DNA of 45,880 nt from Clostridium sp. GTDB taxonomy: Bacteria; Bacillota; Clostridia; Clostridiales; Clostridiaceae. The notes under the pieces were generated by a model that worked only from the letters and a program-made list of their open reading frames with translations, searched no databases and was not told the DNA's origin. The stretch covers positions 1 to 45,880 of the forward strand of contig JAAZDF010000031.1 of assembly GCA_012512905.1 (NCBI GenBank). The letters are read 5' to 3'. Each line of letters begins with the position of its first letter. Position 1 is the first letter of the stretch. Of the stretch, positions 1 through 8,917 are shown piece after piece. Made by a program: the position numbers and the translations under genes.

Positions 1-529
1 CACTCTTTTCTGTTTATTCTATATAGTTACTTTTAACACAATATTTCATTTCTGCATGATTAATATTTATCTTATTCACTTTTAATCAGTAGTTTCGCAA
101 TTACTTAGTTAATTATAGCAGAATTTTTCTAAATCTGTCATAATATATTACTCTAGCTGTTAAAAATGAAAATTAAGTTAAAAAAAGCTGTTTTATGACT
201 AAAAATATAGAACACATATAAAGAAGATATAAAGAATTATAATGTCATTTTAGACTTAACTCTAAAATTTGCACATCTGACACCTAAATATGTAGAATAT
301 GTTAAAACTAACTAAAAATTATAGTTTTTGTAAAATTAAACCGGGAAATAAAGTAACTTATGTAAAAAATTACATTATTTAAAGAAAAAAATAACAAAAT
401 TATAGTTGATAAATCCTTTTAAATAGCTGTAAACGTTGATAACAGTGGACTTAAGGGATTATTAAATATAATTTAATATAAACTTAATATCTTCATAACT
501 TTTTCACATCTTTTTTATATACTCTTATC

Positions 530-546
530 TGTAAGAGAAATGTAAC
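530..546 (+). promoter_or_regulatory. Candidate WalR (YycF)-type direct-repeat box TGTAAG-N5-TGTAAC upstream of the NlpC/P60 hydrolase gene
   Basis: Read directly: tgtaag agaaa tgtaac at 530-546, 43 nt upstream of the ATG at 589. It matches TGTWAH-N5-TGTWAH at 11 of 12 specified positions (G instead of H at position 6 of half-site 1). It is the only such pair I found in 1-588. Confidence 0.35.
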
Positions 547-588
547 TATTTATCCTATTTAGTTTATTCTATTTAGCAGGAGGAAGAA

Positions 589-1890
589 ATGAAAAATATT
601 AAAAGAAAGTTAGTAGCAGCAATAGTTGCAACAACTGTAATGTATGGTACTGCGTTACCAGCGTTTGCTGAACCACTTACTGATACACAAAAACAAGAAA
701 TTAATGTAGCAAAAGATAAATATGAAGAAATACAAGATAAAATAATCCAAATAAATACAGAAATAGCAGAAAATTCTGAGCAAATATCTGAAATTATGGC
801 TAACCTTGAAGAAAATGAAGCTAATATAACAGCAGTTCAGCTAGAAATTGACATAAAAGCTGAAGAAATAAAAGAAAATGAAGAAGAGCTTCTAGTAAAA
901 GAAAATGAATACGGTGATAGACTAAGACAAATGTATAAACAAGGAAACTCAGGCATGATTCAAGCTATCCTTGGCTCAGAAAGTATTACTGACTTAGTAT
1001 CTAGAACTAATGCACTTATAAAGATTGCTAAGATTGATAAAGAATTACTTGATGAAATAGAAGCTATGAAAGTACAACTTGAAGAACAAAAAGTTGTTCT
1101 TGATAAATCTATGGAAGAACTTAGTGCATTAAAAGCTAAGAATCAATTAGATCTAAATAAAATGGAAGAAAAACAAGCTTTGGCAGATCAGCTATTAATT
1201 GATCATAAAGAAGAAGAAAATAAGATATTAAGCGATTTAGTTATGGCTGAGAAATATTTTATTGGAGATAATGATACAATAATAAATGATTCAAACAGCT
1301 CAGACGAATCAATTAGAGCAGCTGTGGAATCTTTAAAATCTATTAGATCTCAAATAATCACAAATACTACTGAAGAAAAAGTAGTCTCATTAATAAATAA
1401 AGGTAGAGGTATTCTGAGTGAAAGAGCAGAGGCAAGAGCAGCAGCAGAAGCTGCAAGAAGAAGAGCAGAGGCAGCAACAAATACATCAACTTCAACTTCT
1501 AGACCAGCTGCATCAAAGCCAGCTACTAGTAAACCATCTGCATCAGGAAGCGCTATTGTAAACTATGCTTATAAATTCTTAGGAACTCCTTATAAATGGG
1601 GCGGATCATCACCATCAGGTTTTGATTGTTCTGGATTTACAAGTCATGTTTATAGAAACTTTGGTGTGTCACTTCCAAGAACTTCAAGAGCACAATCATC
1701 AGTAGGTACAAATGTATCTTATAACAATTTACAAGCTGGAGATTTAGTATTCTTTGGACATGGTTCAGTAAGTCACGTTGGAATATATATAGGTGGAGGA
1801 ACAATGGTACATTCTCCAAGACCTGGTAAATCTGTTGAAGTAACTTCAATGAGATATCATAACTTTATCAGAGGTAGAAGAGTTTACTAA
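589..1890 (+). CDS. Secreted coiled-coil NlpC/P60 (C40) peptidoglycan DL-endopeptidase, CwlO-like architecture
   Basis: AGGAGG lies 6-12 nt upstream. The signal peptide ends AFA/EP. About 250 aa of K/E/L-rich coiled coil follow, then an Ala/Arg-rich and an S/T/P-rich linker. The C-terminal NlpC/P60 core reads YKWGGSSPSGFDCSGF ... SHVGIYIG ... MVHS. Confidence 0.85.
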   Translation: MKNIKRKLVAAIVATTVMYGTALPAFAEPLTDTQKQEINVAKDKYEEIQDKIIQINTEIAENSEQISEIMANLEENEANITAVQLEIDIKAEEIKENEEELLVKENEYGDRLRQMYKQGNSGMIQAILGSESITDLVSRTNALIKIAKIDKELLDEIEAMKVQLEEQKVVLDKSMEELSALKAKNQLDLNKMEEKQALADQLLIDHKEEENKILSDLVMAEKYFIGDNDTIINDSNSSDESIRAAVESLKSIRSQIITNTTEEKVVSLINKGRGILSERAEARAAAEAARRRAEAATNTSTSTSRPAASKPATSKPSASGSAIVNYAYKFLGTPYKWGGSSPSGFDCSGFTSHVYRNFGVSLPRTSRAQSSVGTNVSYNNLQAGDLVFFGHGSVSHVGIYIGGGTMVHSPRPGKSVEVTSMRYHNFIRGRRVY

Positions 1891-1943
1891 AATATTTAAC
1901 TCTAGTAAACTAGATAAAAGTAAATAGGATAGAATAAAATAAT

Positions 1944-1993
1944 AAAAGATACTATATTAAATTGTATATACAATTTAATATAGTATCTTTTTT
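1944..1993. terminator. Bidirectional intrinsic terminator between convergent genes
   Basis: Perfect 23-bp inverted repeat aaaagatactatattaaattgta / tacaatttaatatagtatctttt, flanked by an A-run and a T-run. Confidence 0.7.
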
Positions 1994-2004
1994 GTTTGCT
2001 ATAA

Positions 2005-2496
2005 TTACACCAATTTGCTTTTTATCTTTACTTTATTTATCTTTATATCATTTAGTTTTATTAATTCTAGAGCGTAATCATCTATATTATAATCATTTAC
2101 ATAATTAATTTCTTTTATTCCAGATTGGATAAGGGCTTTTGTGCAATTAAGGCAAGGAAAATGAGTCACATATATTTTGGTGTTCTTCAGAGGTATTCCT
2201 TCTCTAGCACAATAAGCTATACAGTTGATTTCAGCATGAAGAGTTGCGATGCAGTGATTATCTCTCATGACATGGCCTATATCATCACACTGAGGCGTTT
2301 TGCTGCCTACACTACCATTATATCCTGTAGCTACTATTCTATTATCTTTGTTTACAATTACGGCACCTACATTAGCCCTATCGCATGTAGAGCGCTTAGC
2401 AAGTAAAAGTGCAATATTAGTAAAATAATCATCCCAGGACTGTCTTTCTCTTTTTGGTTTATCGCTTTTTACAAGTTTATAGCTTTTTTCTTTCAT
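2005..2496 (-). CDS. comEB: Deoxycytidylate (dCMP) deaminase, ComEB family
   Basis: Zinc-binding cytidine/dCMP deaminase motifs HAEINCI and PCLNCTKAL. 163 aa. The start overlaps the stop of the upstream GNAT gene by 4 nt. Confidence 0.9.
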   Translation of the reverse strand: MKEKSYKLVKSDKPKRERQSWDDYFTNIALLLAKRSTCDRANVGAVIVNKDNRIVATGYNGSVGSKTPQCDDIGHVMRDNHCIATLHAEINCIAYCAREGIPLKNTKIYVTHFPCLNCTKALIQSGIKEINYVNDYNIDDYALELIKLNDIKINKVKIKSKLV

Positions 2497-2951
2497 TTTA
2501 ACATCTTCTCCAATTTTAAAATCATTTCAACGTGGGGAATATTTTCTTCCATATAAGGCTCTTTGTCTGTTCTCTTAAAACCAAGTTTATTATAAAAGCC
2601 TTCAGCATGAGATTGTGATGAAATAATTACTTTATCATTAGCTCTTAATTTAAGACTTTTAATAGATTCTTCCATTAAAATTTTACCTAGACCTTTTTTT
2701 CTATATTCCCTAGAAGTACACATTCTTCCTATGCTAGCATATTTGTATCTAGTATTTTTATCGAAAAGTCTAGCATAAGATATTATTTTACTATCTTTTT
2801 TTATAAAAATATGATTTGCCATTAAATCAAATCCATCTAAATCAACGCAAGAGCATTTTTGTTCGATAACAAAAACTTCTTCTCTTAATTTTAATAATTC
2901 ATATAATTCCTCTACATCAAGATCATTAAACCTTTTTTCTATAATTTCCAT
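2493..2951 (-). CDS. GNAT family N-acetyltransferase (ElaA-like size and layout)
   Basis: 152 aa. Acetyl-CoA binding motif [20 protein letters not shown] upstream. Confidence 0.75.
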   Translation of the reverse strand: MEIIEKRFNDLDVEELYELLKLREEVFVIEQKCSCVDLDGFDLMANHIFIKKDSKIISYARLFDKNTRYKYASIGRMCTSREYRKKGLGKILMEESIKSLKLRANDKVIISSQSHAEGFYNKLGFKRTDKEPYMEENIPHVEMILKLEKMLK

Positions 2952-2968
2952 CCAATCACTCCATTAAC

Positions 2969-4453
2969 TTAAAATATAACATTTAAATTTAGTTTATATA
3001 GGTATCTAAATCTACTTTTATAATTATTTATTTCCTTTAATTTAAAATTTGGGTTATGTTTTGTCTTGCAATAAATATTTATGTTAGTATCAACAATATC
3101 GATTTTTCTTACAAAGGTTTCTCCTGATACGCCTAGGTTTATTGCTTCCCCAAGTTTTAGCAATATACCAAGCATCTCAATAACTTTTAAATCTTTTCTT
3201 CCAAGCATTTTTTTGTTGAAAAACTCTTTTAAAATATCATGGGCTGAAAAAACTGATGCTGTTGATGCTGCCATAAGTATCTGCTTTTGGCTAAGTCCAT
3301 TAATCGGAGAGTTCAGTATGCTATAAAATGTGTTCCTATCTCTTTGGAAATAATTGATACTTGTTCCTAAATCAAAAAGATAGCTTGCGCTTTTTAAAAC
3401 TTTCCAGTTACCTTGGAGAATGGGAAAAACATTACTAAGATTATTATATAGAGGTTCCACTATTTTAAAAAGATCCTTACCCTCATAGTCTTTGTACATG
3501 TGAAGATTTATAATGTTATTCAAGGAAAATTCTAAAACATCCTCTACAATTTTATCGCCAAACATTTCTTCAAAAAGTATTCCTTCCCTAACTCCACAGT
3601 TCGAAACAAAAATTTTAAAGTTGTTAAGCTGCTTCATAAGAACTGTTATTGCAGCTAAAGAACCAACGAAAATATCTTCCCTATCTCTGTGTAGTCCATA
3701 AATTCTTTTTTTAGAACCTTTAAGATAAGATTTAACCATGGAATCTACAACTTTAACATCATGTTTATTTAAACTATAATTATGAGCAATAAGAGTTGCC
3801 TGATCTTTTCTATATCGATCGATTTTAGAGAGTGTTCTAACAGAGCCGCCAATACCAACAATAGGAAGCTTATAGGCCTTATCAATCCATGGGATATTAG
3901 TATATATTTTCTTTAAATAACTATCCATAGGTTTACTATTTTCAGGATTATTCTTTAAGTCAAATTTTTCTGTTAAAGTTATACTTCCAAAAGCAAGGGA
4001 GATGGATTCTACTAAAGTTTTATTTTTTACAAGTCCTATTTCAGTACTACTTCCACCAATATCAATCATAAGAAAATCTGATAAATCTATGGTATTTATA
4101 ACAGCAAAATAATCATAGTAAGCTTCTTCTTGGCCTTCTAGAATTTTAATTTTTTTATCAAGTATTTTTTCAGCCGGAATAAGAAAATCATCTTTATTTT
4201 TTGCTTTTCTTATGGCTTCTGTAGCAATAGGAACTATAGTATCTACGTTTTTTGATTTTAAATACCTATTGAAATCTTTTATTACATCAAGGCTATATAA
4301 AATTTTATTTTTCTTAAGCATTCCTTGCTTCATATCTTCGCCAAGTCTGACAGAATGTTTAAGCTGGCCAATTATTTTATAACTTTTATTTATTATTTCA
4401 TAAATAACTAGTCTCATAGAATTAGAACCTATATCTATAATTGCTAATCTCAT
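2969..4453 (-). CDS. Ppx/GppA family phosphatase (exopolyphosphatase / pppGpp phosphohydrolase)
   Basis: N-terminal actin-like ATPase-fold motifs AIIDIGSNSMRLVIYE, DIGGSSTE and GIGGSVR, followed by a helical C-terminal domain. 494 aa. Confidence 0.8.
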   Translation of the reverse strand: MRLAIIDIGSNSMRLVIYEIINKSYKIIGQLKHSVRLGEDMKQGMLKKNKILYSLDVIKDFNRYLKSKNVDTIVPIATEAIRKAKNKDDFLIPAEKILDKKIKILEGQEEAYYDYFAVINTIDLSDFLMIDIGGSSTEIGLVKNKTLVESISLAFGSITLTEKFDLKNNPENSKPMDSYLKKIYTNIPWIDKAYKLPIVGIGGSVRTLSKIDRYRKDQATLIAHNYSLNKHDVKVVDSMVKSYLKGSKKRIYGLHRDREDIFVGSLAAITVLMKQLNNFKIFVSNCGVREGILFEEMFGDKIVEDVLEFSLNNIINLHMYKDYEGKDLFKIVEPLYNNLSNVFPILQGNWKVLKSASYLFDLGTSINYFQRDRNTFYSILNSPINGLSQKQILMAASTASVFSAHDILKEFFNKKMLGRKDLKVIEMLGILLKLGEAINLGVSGETFVRKIDIVDTNINIYCKTKHNPNFKLKEINNYKSRFRYLYKLNLNVIF

Positions 4454-4643
4454 TTTTACATCCTTTCTTCTAAATTTCTGTTAATATTAAGCTTTATTAT
4501 ACATTGTTTAGGAATATAAATATAGACAACAATGAAATAGTCTGTAGAATTAAGATTATTTAATATAAAATCATATTTTTGAACAAAAATTTGCTAAATA
4601 ATCATTTACAAATGTTAGAGATGGTAAATTTAGCACTGGTGTA

Positions 4644-4652
4644 TGTTATAAT
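4644..4652 (+). promoter_or_regulatory. Extended -10 promoter element TGtTATAAT for the nuclease/ATPase operon
   Basis: tgttataat read at 4644-4652, 37 nt upstream of the ATG at 4689. No good -35 is seen, which is tolerated for extended -10 promoters. Confidence 0.5.
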
Positions 4653-4661
4653 ATTAGAAAT

Positions 4662-4675
4662 AGAACTTGAGTTCG
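4662..4675 (+). promoter_or_regulatory. Candidate LexA operator (Cheo box) aGAACttgaGTTCg
   Basis: Perfect GAAC-N4-GTTC palindrome core at 4663-4674. It lies between the -10 (4647-4652) and the GGGGTG RBS (4675-4680). Confidence 0.55.
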
Positions 4676-4688
4676 GGGTGATTTGTTT

Positions 4689-5780
4689 ATGAAAAAAGTC
4701 AAAATATTACAGTCTGGAGATTTTCATTTAGATAGTCCACTTATTTTGCACAATAATAATTTTAGAAGAAGAAGAAAAGTAGAACTTTTAGAAGCGGTTT
4801 CTAATATAGTAAATATAGGAAATAAAAAAGAGGTAGATTTACTTTTACTTACTGGAGATATTTTTGATTCAAAAAGAGTTACCAGAAATACAATAATGAG
4901 CTTTACTAATATTTTAGGTAAATTTACAGGAAATATATTTATCTCTCCAGGAAATCACGATCCTTATACAGTAGGAAGTATTTATGATTCTTTTAAGTTT
5001 CCAGAAAACACTCACATTTTTAACGGATATGAAAAAATATATTTAGAAAAATTAGATGTTTATGTTCATGGAATTGGTTTTAGAGATTACTATGAAGAGA
5101 AAGATTTATTTAATCTAATAAATATAGAAAATAAAAACTCGATAAATATATTAGTAACTCACGGTGAAATAAATAGTGGGGAAAACTCATACCATCCAAT
5201 TAGTTTAGAATCAATTGCAAATAGTGATTTAGACTACATAGCAATAGGTCACAGACACAACTATAGCGGGATTAAAATGGAAGAGGGAACTTACTATGCC
5301 TATGCAGGAATACCTGAGCCAAGGGGATATGATGAGCTAAGGGACAAGGGTATAATATATGGTGATATTTATAAGGGGCTAGTTGATTTAAACTTTATAA
5401 AAACTAATAAAAGATCCTACCTTGAAATAGATGTAGATATATCAAATACGCAAACATCTTTTGAAATAATAAAAATAATCGATGATATGAGCTTAGATAA
5501 AGAAAATATTTACAGATTTAATTTAAAGGGATCTATTTTAGAACACGTTATAGTAGATATTAACTCGATAAAAAATTATTTGAAAGATGAGTTTTATGAT
5601 TTTGATGTTAAAGATTTTACTTATATAAAAGAAAGAAAAGATAAAATATCAGATAGAAGCCTACAGGGAATATTTCTTAAAACAATAAAGGAGAAAGAAG
5701 CTAGTTTTGATGATAAAGAAATGCTTAAAGAGGCAAAAAAAATTGGTCTTAGACTTTTAAGCCAGGGTGAAATCCTATGA
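4689..5780 (+). CDS. Mre11/SbcD-like metallophosphoesterase DNA-repair exonuclease (YhaO / SbcF type)
   Basis: Calcineurin-like nuclease motifs occur in order: GDFHLD, GDIFD, GNHD, THG, GHRH. I prefer the ATG at 4689 (GGGGTG 8 nt upstream) to the TTG at 4683 in the ORF track. The stop overlaps the next gene (ATGA at 5777). Confidence 0.8.
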   Translation: MKKVKILQSGDFHLDSPLILHNNNFRRRRKVELLEAVSNIVNIGNKKEVDLLLLTGDIFDSKRVTRNTIMSFTNILGKFTGNIFISPGNHDPYTVGSIYDSFKFPENTHIFNGYEKIYLEKLDVYVHGIGFRDYYEEKDLFNLINIENKNSINILVTHGEINSGENSYHPISLESIANSDLDYIAIGHRHNYSGIKMEEGTYYAYAGIPEPRGYDELRDKGIIYGDIYKGLVDLNFIKTNKRSYLEIDVDISNTQTSFEIIKIIDDMSLDKENIYRFNLKGSILEHVIVDINSIKNYLKDEFYDFDVKDFTYIKERKDKISDRSLQGIFLKTIKEKEASFDDKEMLKEAKKIGLRLLSQGEIL

Positions 5781-8281
5781 TAATAAAAAATGTTAATATA
5801 GAAAAGTTTGGTAAAATAAAAAATCTTAGCATAGATTTTGAAGAAAATATAAATATTGTTCACGGACAAAATGAATCTGGAAAATCAACCATAGAAAACT
5901 TTATTTTTACGACCTTATATGGTCCAGTAGGTTCAAAAAAATATAATATAGATAATACTAGAACTAAATACATTCCATATAACGATAATTTCACTTTCGG
6001 CACAATGCTAATTAACCATAATAAAAATGATATTATAATAGAGAGAAAAATTGGAAAAACAAGAAAAGACGATGTTTTCAGAAGTTTTTACAAAGAAAAC
6101 TTTTCCCAGGCACCTTATCCTGATAACATTGGAAGGGAAATATTTGATTTAGATTACAAGGGTTTTATAAAAACTCTTTTTGTTAGTCAGGAAAACACTA
6201 AAATATATGATGAGAAAGATGAGGGCCTAATAAGCAGGCTTACAAATTTAGTTGAAACAGGAGATGAGGAAGTATCTTTTACTAAAGCTATTAATAAAAT
6301 AGATAATGAAATTAAAAATATAAAAGGTGCTAGAAAAAATGGGCTCCTGGATGATATTTATATAAAATCAAATGAGCTGCATATAGAATATAATAAATCT
6401 AAAGAAATGGAAAAACTGCAAAATATATATATAGATAAACTTGAAACGTTAAATTTAGATCTTAAGCTTAACAGAGAAAAGCAAAAAGATATTAAAGATT
6501 TAAAAGAGAAATTATATCTACACAATATAGAAGATGAATTTATTAGACTAAGCCAGCAAATAGAAGAGCTGACCAAACTTAAAAATGAAAGGTTTGATGG
6601 CATAAAATTAATTAGTCGCGATGAGTTTAATAAACTTAGAAAAACGGAAAAAGAACTTTTAGAATTAAATGAAAAACTAAATAAATCTAAAGATTCTATC
6701 CTAGAGTCTAAAAGGTATTTAGAAAAACTGCATATTGATAAGGAAGACTTTATTGGGTTTAAAGAAGTATCCAAAGAAGATATTTATAAAATAATATCTT
6801 TTGAGGGAGAAATAGCTTTACTAAAAGAAAAGCTTAGGGAATATGATAATACTTATACTATAGATGAAAAAATATTTAGCGAAAAAAAAGAAATAAAAAA
6901 AATCCTTGGAAAGTATGAAAAATCATTACTCGCTTTGAAAAACAATATAACTAAATATTTATTTCTAGGGCTAAGTGTGATTGGAATAATTATTTTTTTT
7001 ATAAGTCCTTTTAAAGGAAATAATATTTCAAGCTATCTATTTATAGCAATATATTTAATTTTAAATTATTTAATATCTGTAAAAATAAATAATCTTTATA
7101 AAGACTATAACTTAAAAAAAAGTGATATTTATGAAAAAAAGATTATTGAACTTGCGGATGATATTGGTGTAGATTATAGAGAAATTTATAAATCTAAAAA
7201 AGCTATAGATAATATAACAAATGTAAAAGAAAAAGATAAAATAAAGAATAAGTTAGAAAAGATTACTACATATAAAGAAAACATATTTTTAAAAACAAAT
7301 ACAAAAACAATAGAGAATCTTATTGAAAAGGAAAATAAATATATAAATTTAAATGAAAAAATAAATAAGGAAAAAATTAGTATAGAATCAAAGGAAAATG
7401 AAATAATCAGTATAAGCGAATTAATAAAAGTAAAGAAAGATTCCTTTATTCCATATTTAAAAGAAATTGGGTTCACAGAAGAAAATGAGAACTACCTTTC
7501 TTATCTTGATAAGTATGAACTTCATTTACTAAGAATTGATGATATTAGAGTAAAAGAAAAAGCATTAAATTACTCTATAGAATCTTTAATAGGAGATAGG
7601 GATAAAAAAGATATACAAAAGGAAATTGATAAGATAAAAAAACTGGGTTTAATTGAAAAATACAATACAAATGAGTTGGAAAATAAAGATACTGAACTTA
7701 GAGACTTTGAAGTTAATCTCTCAGAAGAAATTAAAGAGTTAGAGAATAAGTTATCTAGAATTGACATAAGAAGTTCCTTGTCTATTGAAGAAGAAATCAT
7801 TTTACTTAAAGAAGAAGAAAAAAAGCTTTTGAAATACCTTGAAACATTGGAACTTACAAAAGATATTTTAACCGAGTCTCACGAAAAGTTAAGTGATAAT
7901 TTTATTACAGAGTTAAATAATAAAGTTTCATATAATTATAATTATATTACAGGTATAGAAAGATCTATCAAAGTTAGTGAAATCTTTGATATGAAATATT
8001 TAGAAAATGGTAAAATTCTTGAGGAAACTTATTTGTCTAAAGGATCCTTAGATCAGCTCTACTTGTCTCTTAGAATAGCCATGTCTGATATTATATTTAA
8101 AGGTGAGAAAGTAGTGTTTGTTTTAGATGAACCTTTTGTTCACTATGATAAACAAAGAGTTAAAAATACTTTAGATTTACTTTATTCGAAAAAAGATGAA
8201 TATCAATTTATAATTTTCACGTGTCATGATAGAGAAATAGACTTACTTGAAAAAAAAGGAAATATAATATATATAAATTAA
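5777..8281 (+). CDS. Rad50/SbcC-like AAA ATPase with long coiled coil and a central two-helix membrane hairpin (YhaN / SbcE type)
   Basis: Walker A GQNESGKST at the N-terminus. Signature-like LSKGSLDQLYLSLRIA and Walker B VFVLDEPFVHYD at the C-terminus. K/E-rich coiled coil lies between them, with hydrophobic segments YLFLGLSVIGIIIFFISPF and ISSYLFIAIYLILNYLISV (nt 6956-7081). Translationally coupled to the nuclease gene. Confidence 0.75.
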   Translation: MIIKNVNIEKFGKIKNLSIDFEENINIVHGQNESGKSTIENFIFTTLYGPVGSKKYNIDNTRTKYIPYNDNFTFGTMLINHNKNDIIIERKIGKTRKDDVFRSFYKENFSQAPYPDNIGREIFDLDYKGFIKTLFVSQENTKIYDEKDEGLISRLTNLVETGDEEVSFTKAINKIDNEIKNIKGARKNGLLDDIYIKSNELHIEYNKSKEMEKLQNIYIDKLETLNLDLKLNREKQKDIKDLKEKLYLHNIEDEFIRLSQQIEELTKLKNERFDGIKLISRDEFNKLRKTEKELLELNEKLNKSKDSILESKRYLEKLHIDKEDFIGFKEVSKEDIYKIISFEGEIALLKEKLREYDNTYTIDEKIFSEKKEIKKILGKYEKSLLALKNNITKYLFLGLSVIGIIIFFISPFKGNNISSYLFIAIYLILNYLISVKINNLYKDYNLKKSDIYEKKIIELADDIGVDYREIYKSKKAIDNITNVKEKDKIKNKLEKITTYKENIFLKTNTKTIENLIEKENKYINLNEKINKEKISIESKENEIISISELIKVKKDSFIPYLKEIGFTEENENYLSYLDKYELHLLRIDDIRVKEKALNYSIESLIGDRDKKDIQKEIDKIKKLGLIEKYNTNELENKDTELRDFEVNLSEEIKELENKLSRIDIRSSLSIEEEIILLKEEEKKLLKYLETLELTKDILTESHEKLSDNFITELNNKVSYNYNYITGIERSIKVSEIFDMKYLENGKILEETYLSKGSLDQLYLSLRIAMSDIIFKGEKVVFVLDEPFVHYDKQRVKNTLDLLYSKKDEYQFIIFTCHDREIDLLEKKGNIIYIN

Positions 8282-8364
8282 ACACTTCTAATAAAATATG
8301 ATAGACTAATTATAGAGGTAAATTATTATGATTATAATTATTGGGTAAAAGAGGTAATTGAAAT

Positions 8365-8775
8365 ATGAATATAGCGTTTTTTTTAACACCAAAATCAGAA
8401 CTTGTGTATGAGACAGATAATGCTACCATGAGACAAGTTTTAGAGCGTATGGAGCACCACGGATATACGGCAATACCTATAATAGATAACAAAGGAAGAT
8501 ATATCGGAACATTGACTGAAGGAGATCTCCTTTGGAAAATGAAAAATACAGAAGGATTATCTTTTGAAAATACAAATAAAATTTTGATAAAAGATATTAA
8601 AAGAAGAAGACTGCATAAGGTCATTAGTATAAATTCAGATATAAATAGTATAATAACACTAGCCATTGGACAAAATTTTGTACCTGTTGTTGATGATGAA
8701 GGAATATTTATTGGAATTATCAAAAGAAGTGATATAATAGATTATTGTTATAAGCTCATTTCTAAGGAGAAATAA
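8365..8775 (+). CDS. Stand-alone CBS-pair protein (YkuL / DarB / CbpB-like layout)
   Basis: 136 aa with two CBS motifs (GYTAIPIIDNKGRYIGTLTEGDLL and NFVPVVDDEGIFIGIIKRSDII). AGAGG RBS. Confidence 0.8.
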   Translation: MNIAFFLTPKSELVYETDNATMRQVLERMEHHGYTAIPIIDNKGRYIGTLTEGDLLWKMKNTEGLSFENTNKILIKDIKRRRLHKVISINSDINSIITLAIGQNFVPVVDDEGIFIGIIKRSDIIDYCYKLISKEK

Positions 8776-8797
8776 CAGTTAAATTATTAATATTTTG

Positions 8798-8824
8798 AAA
8801 AGCTAAAGAAACTTTAGCTTTTTT
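8798..8824 (+). terminator. Intrinsic terminator after the CBS gene
   Basis: Stem aaagctaaag / ctttagcttt with a 3-nt loop, then a T-run. Confidence 0.6.
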
Positions 8825-8917
8825 ATGATAAGATTAAAAAGTATAATGAATATTAAGTACATTATAGATGAGATAATTAGAAAGGGGAAAGGGCTGAAAG
8901 AAGCCTAGTATATTATT

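Noticed and set aside
300-588. A c-di-AMP (ydaO-type) riboswitch, which often precedes NlpC/P60 hydrolase genes.
   Set aside because: The GC-rich conserved pseudo-symmetric cores (ACGGGGA / CCCA-type elements) are absent. The region is too AT-rich to form that fold.
5621-7800. Minus-strand ORFs 5621-5869, 6358-6774, 7186-7476 and 7570-7800 inside the nuclease/ATPase genes.
   Set aside because: They are Ser/Phe/Leu/Ile-rich low-complexity translations, the mirror image of the Lys/Glu/Asn-rich coiled-coil codons (AAA/GAA read as TTT/TTC). They have no RBS and overlap well-supported genes.
4689-8281. The nuclease plus large ATPase pair read as an anti-phage defence system (Lamassu-, Gabija- or OLD-like).
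   Set aside because: The motifs are Mre11/SbcD-type and Rad50-like and fit the YhaO/YhaN family. The operon carries a LexA-type operator, sits among housekeeping genes and has no neighbouring mobile or defence genes. DNA repair is the simpler reading.
8310-8723. 137-aa minus-strand ORF covering almost the whole CBS gene.
   Set aside because: The plus-strand product has clear CBS-pair motifs and an RBS. The antisense product is hydrophobic low-complexity sequence with no recognisable motif, so it is most likely a chance open frame in AT-rich DNA.
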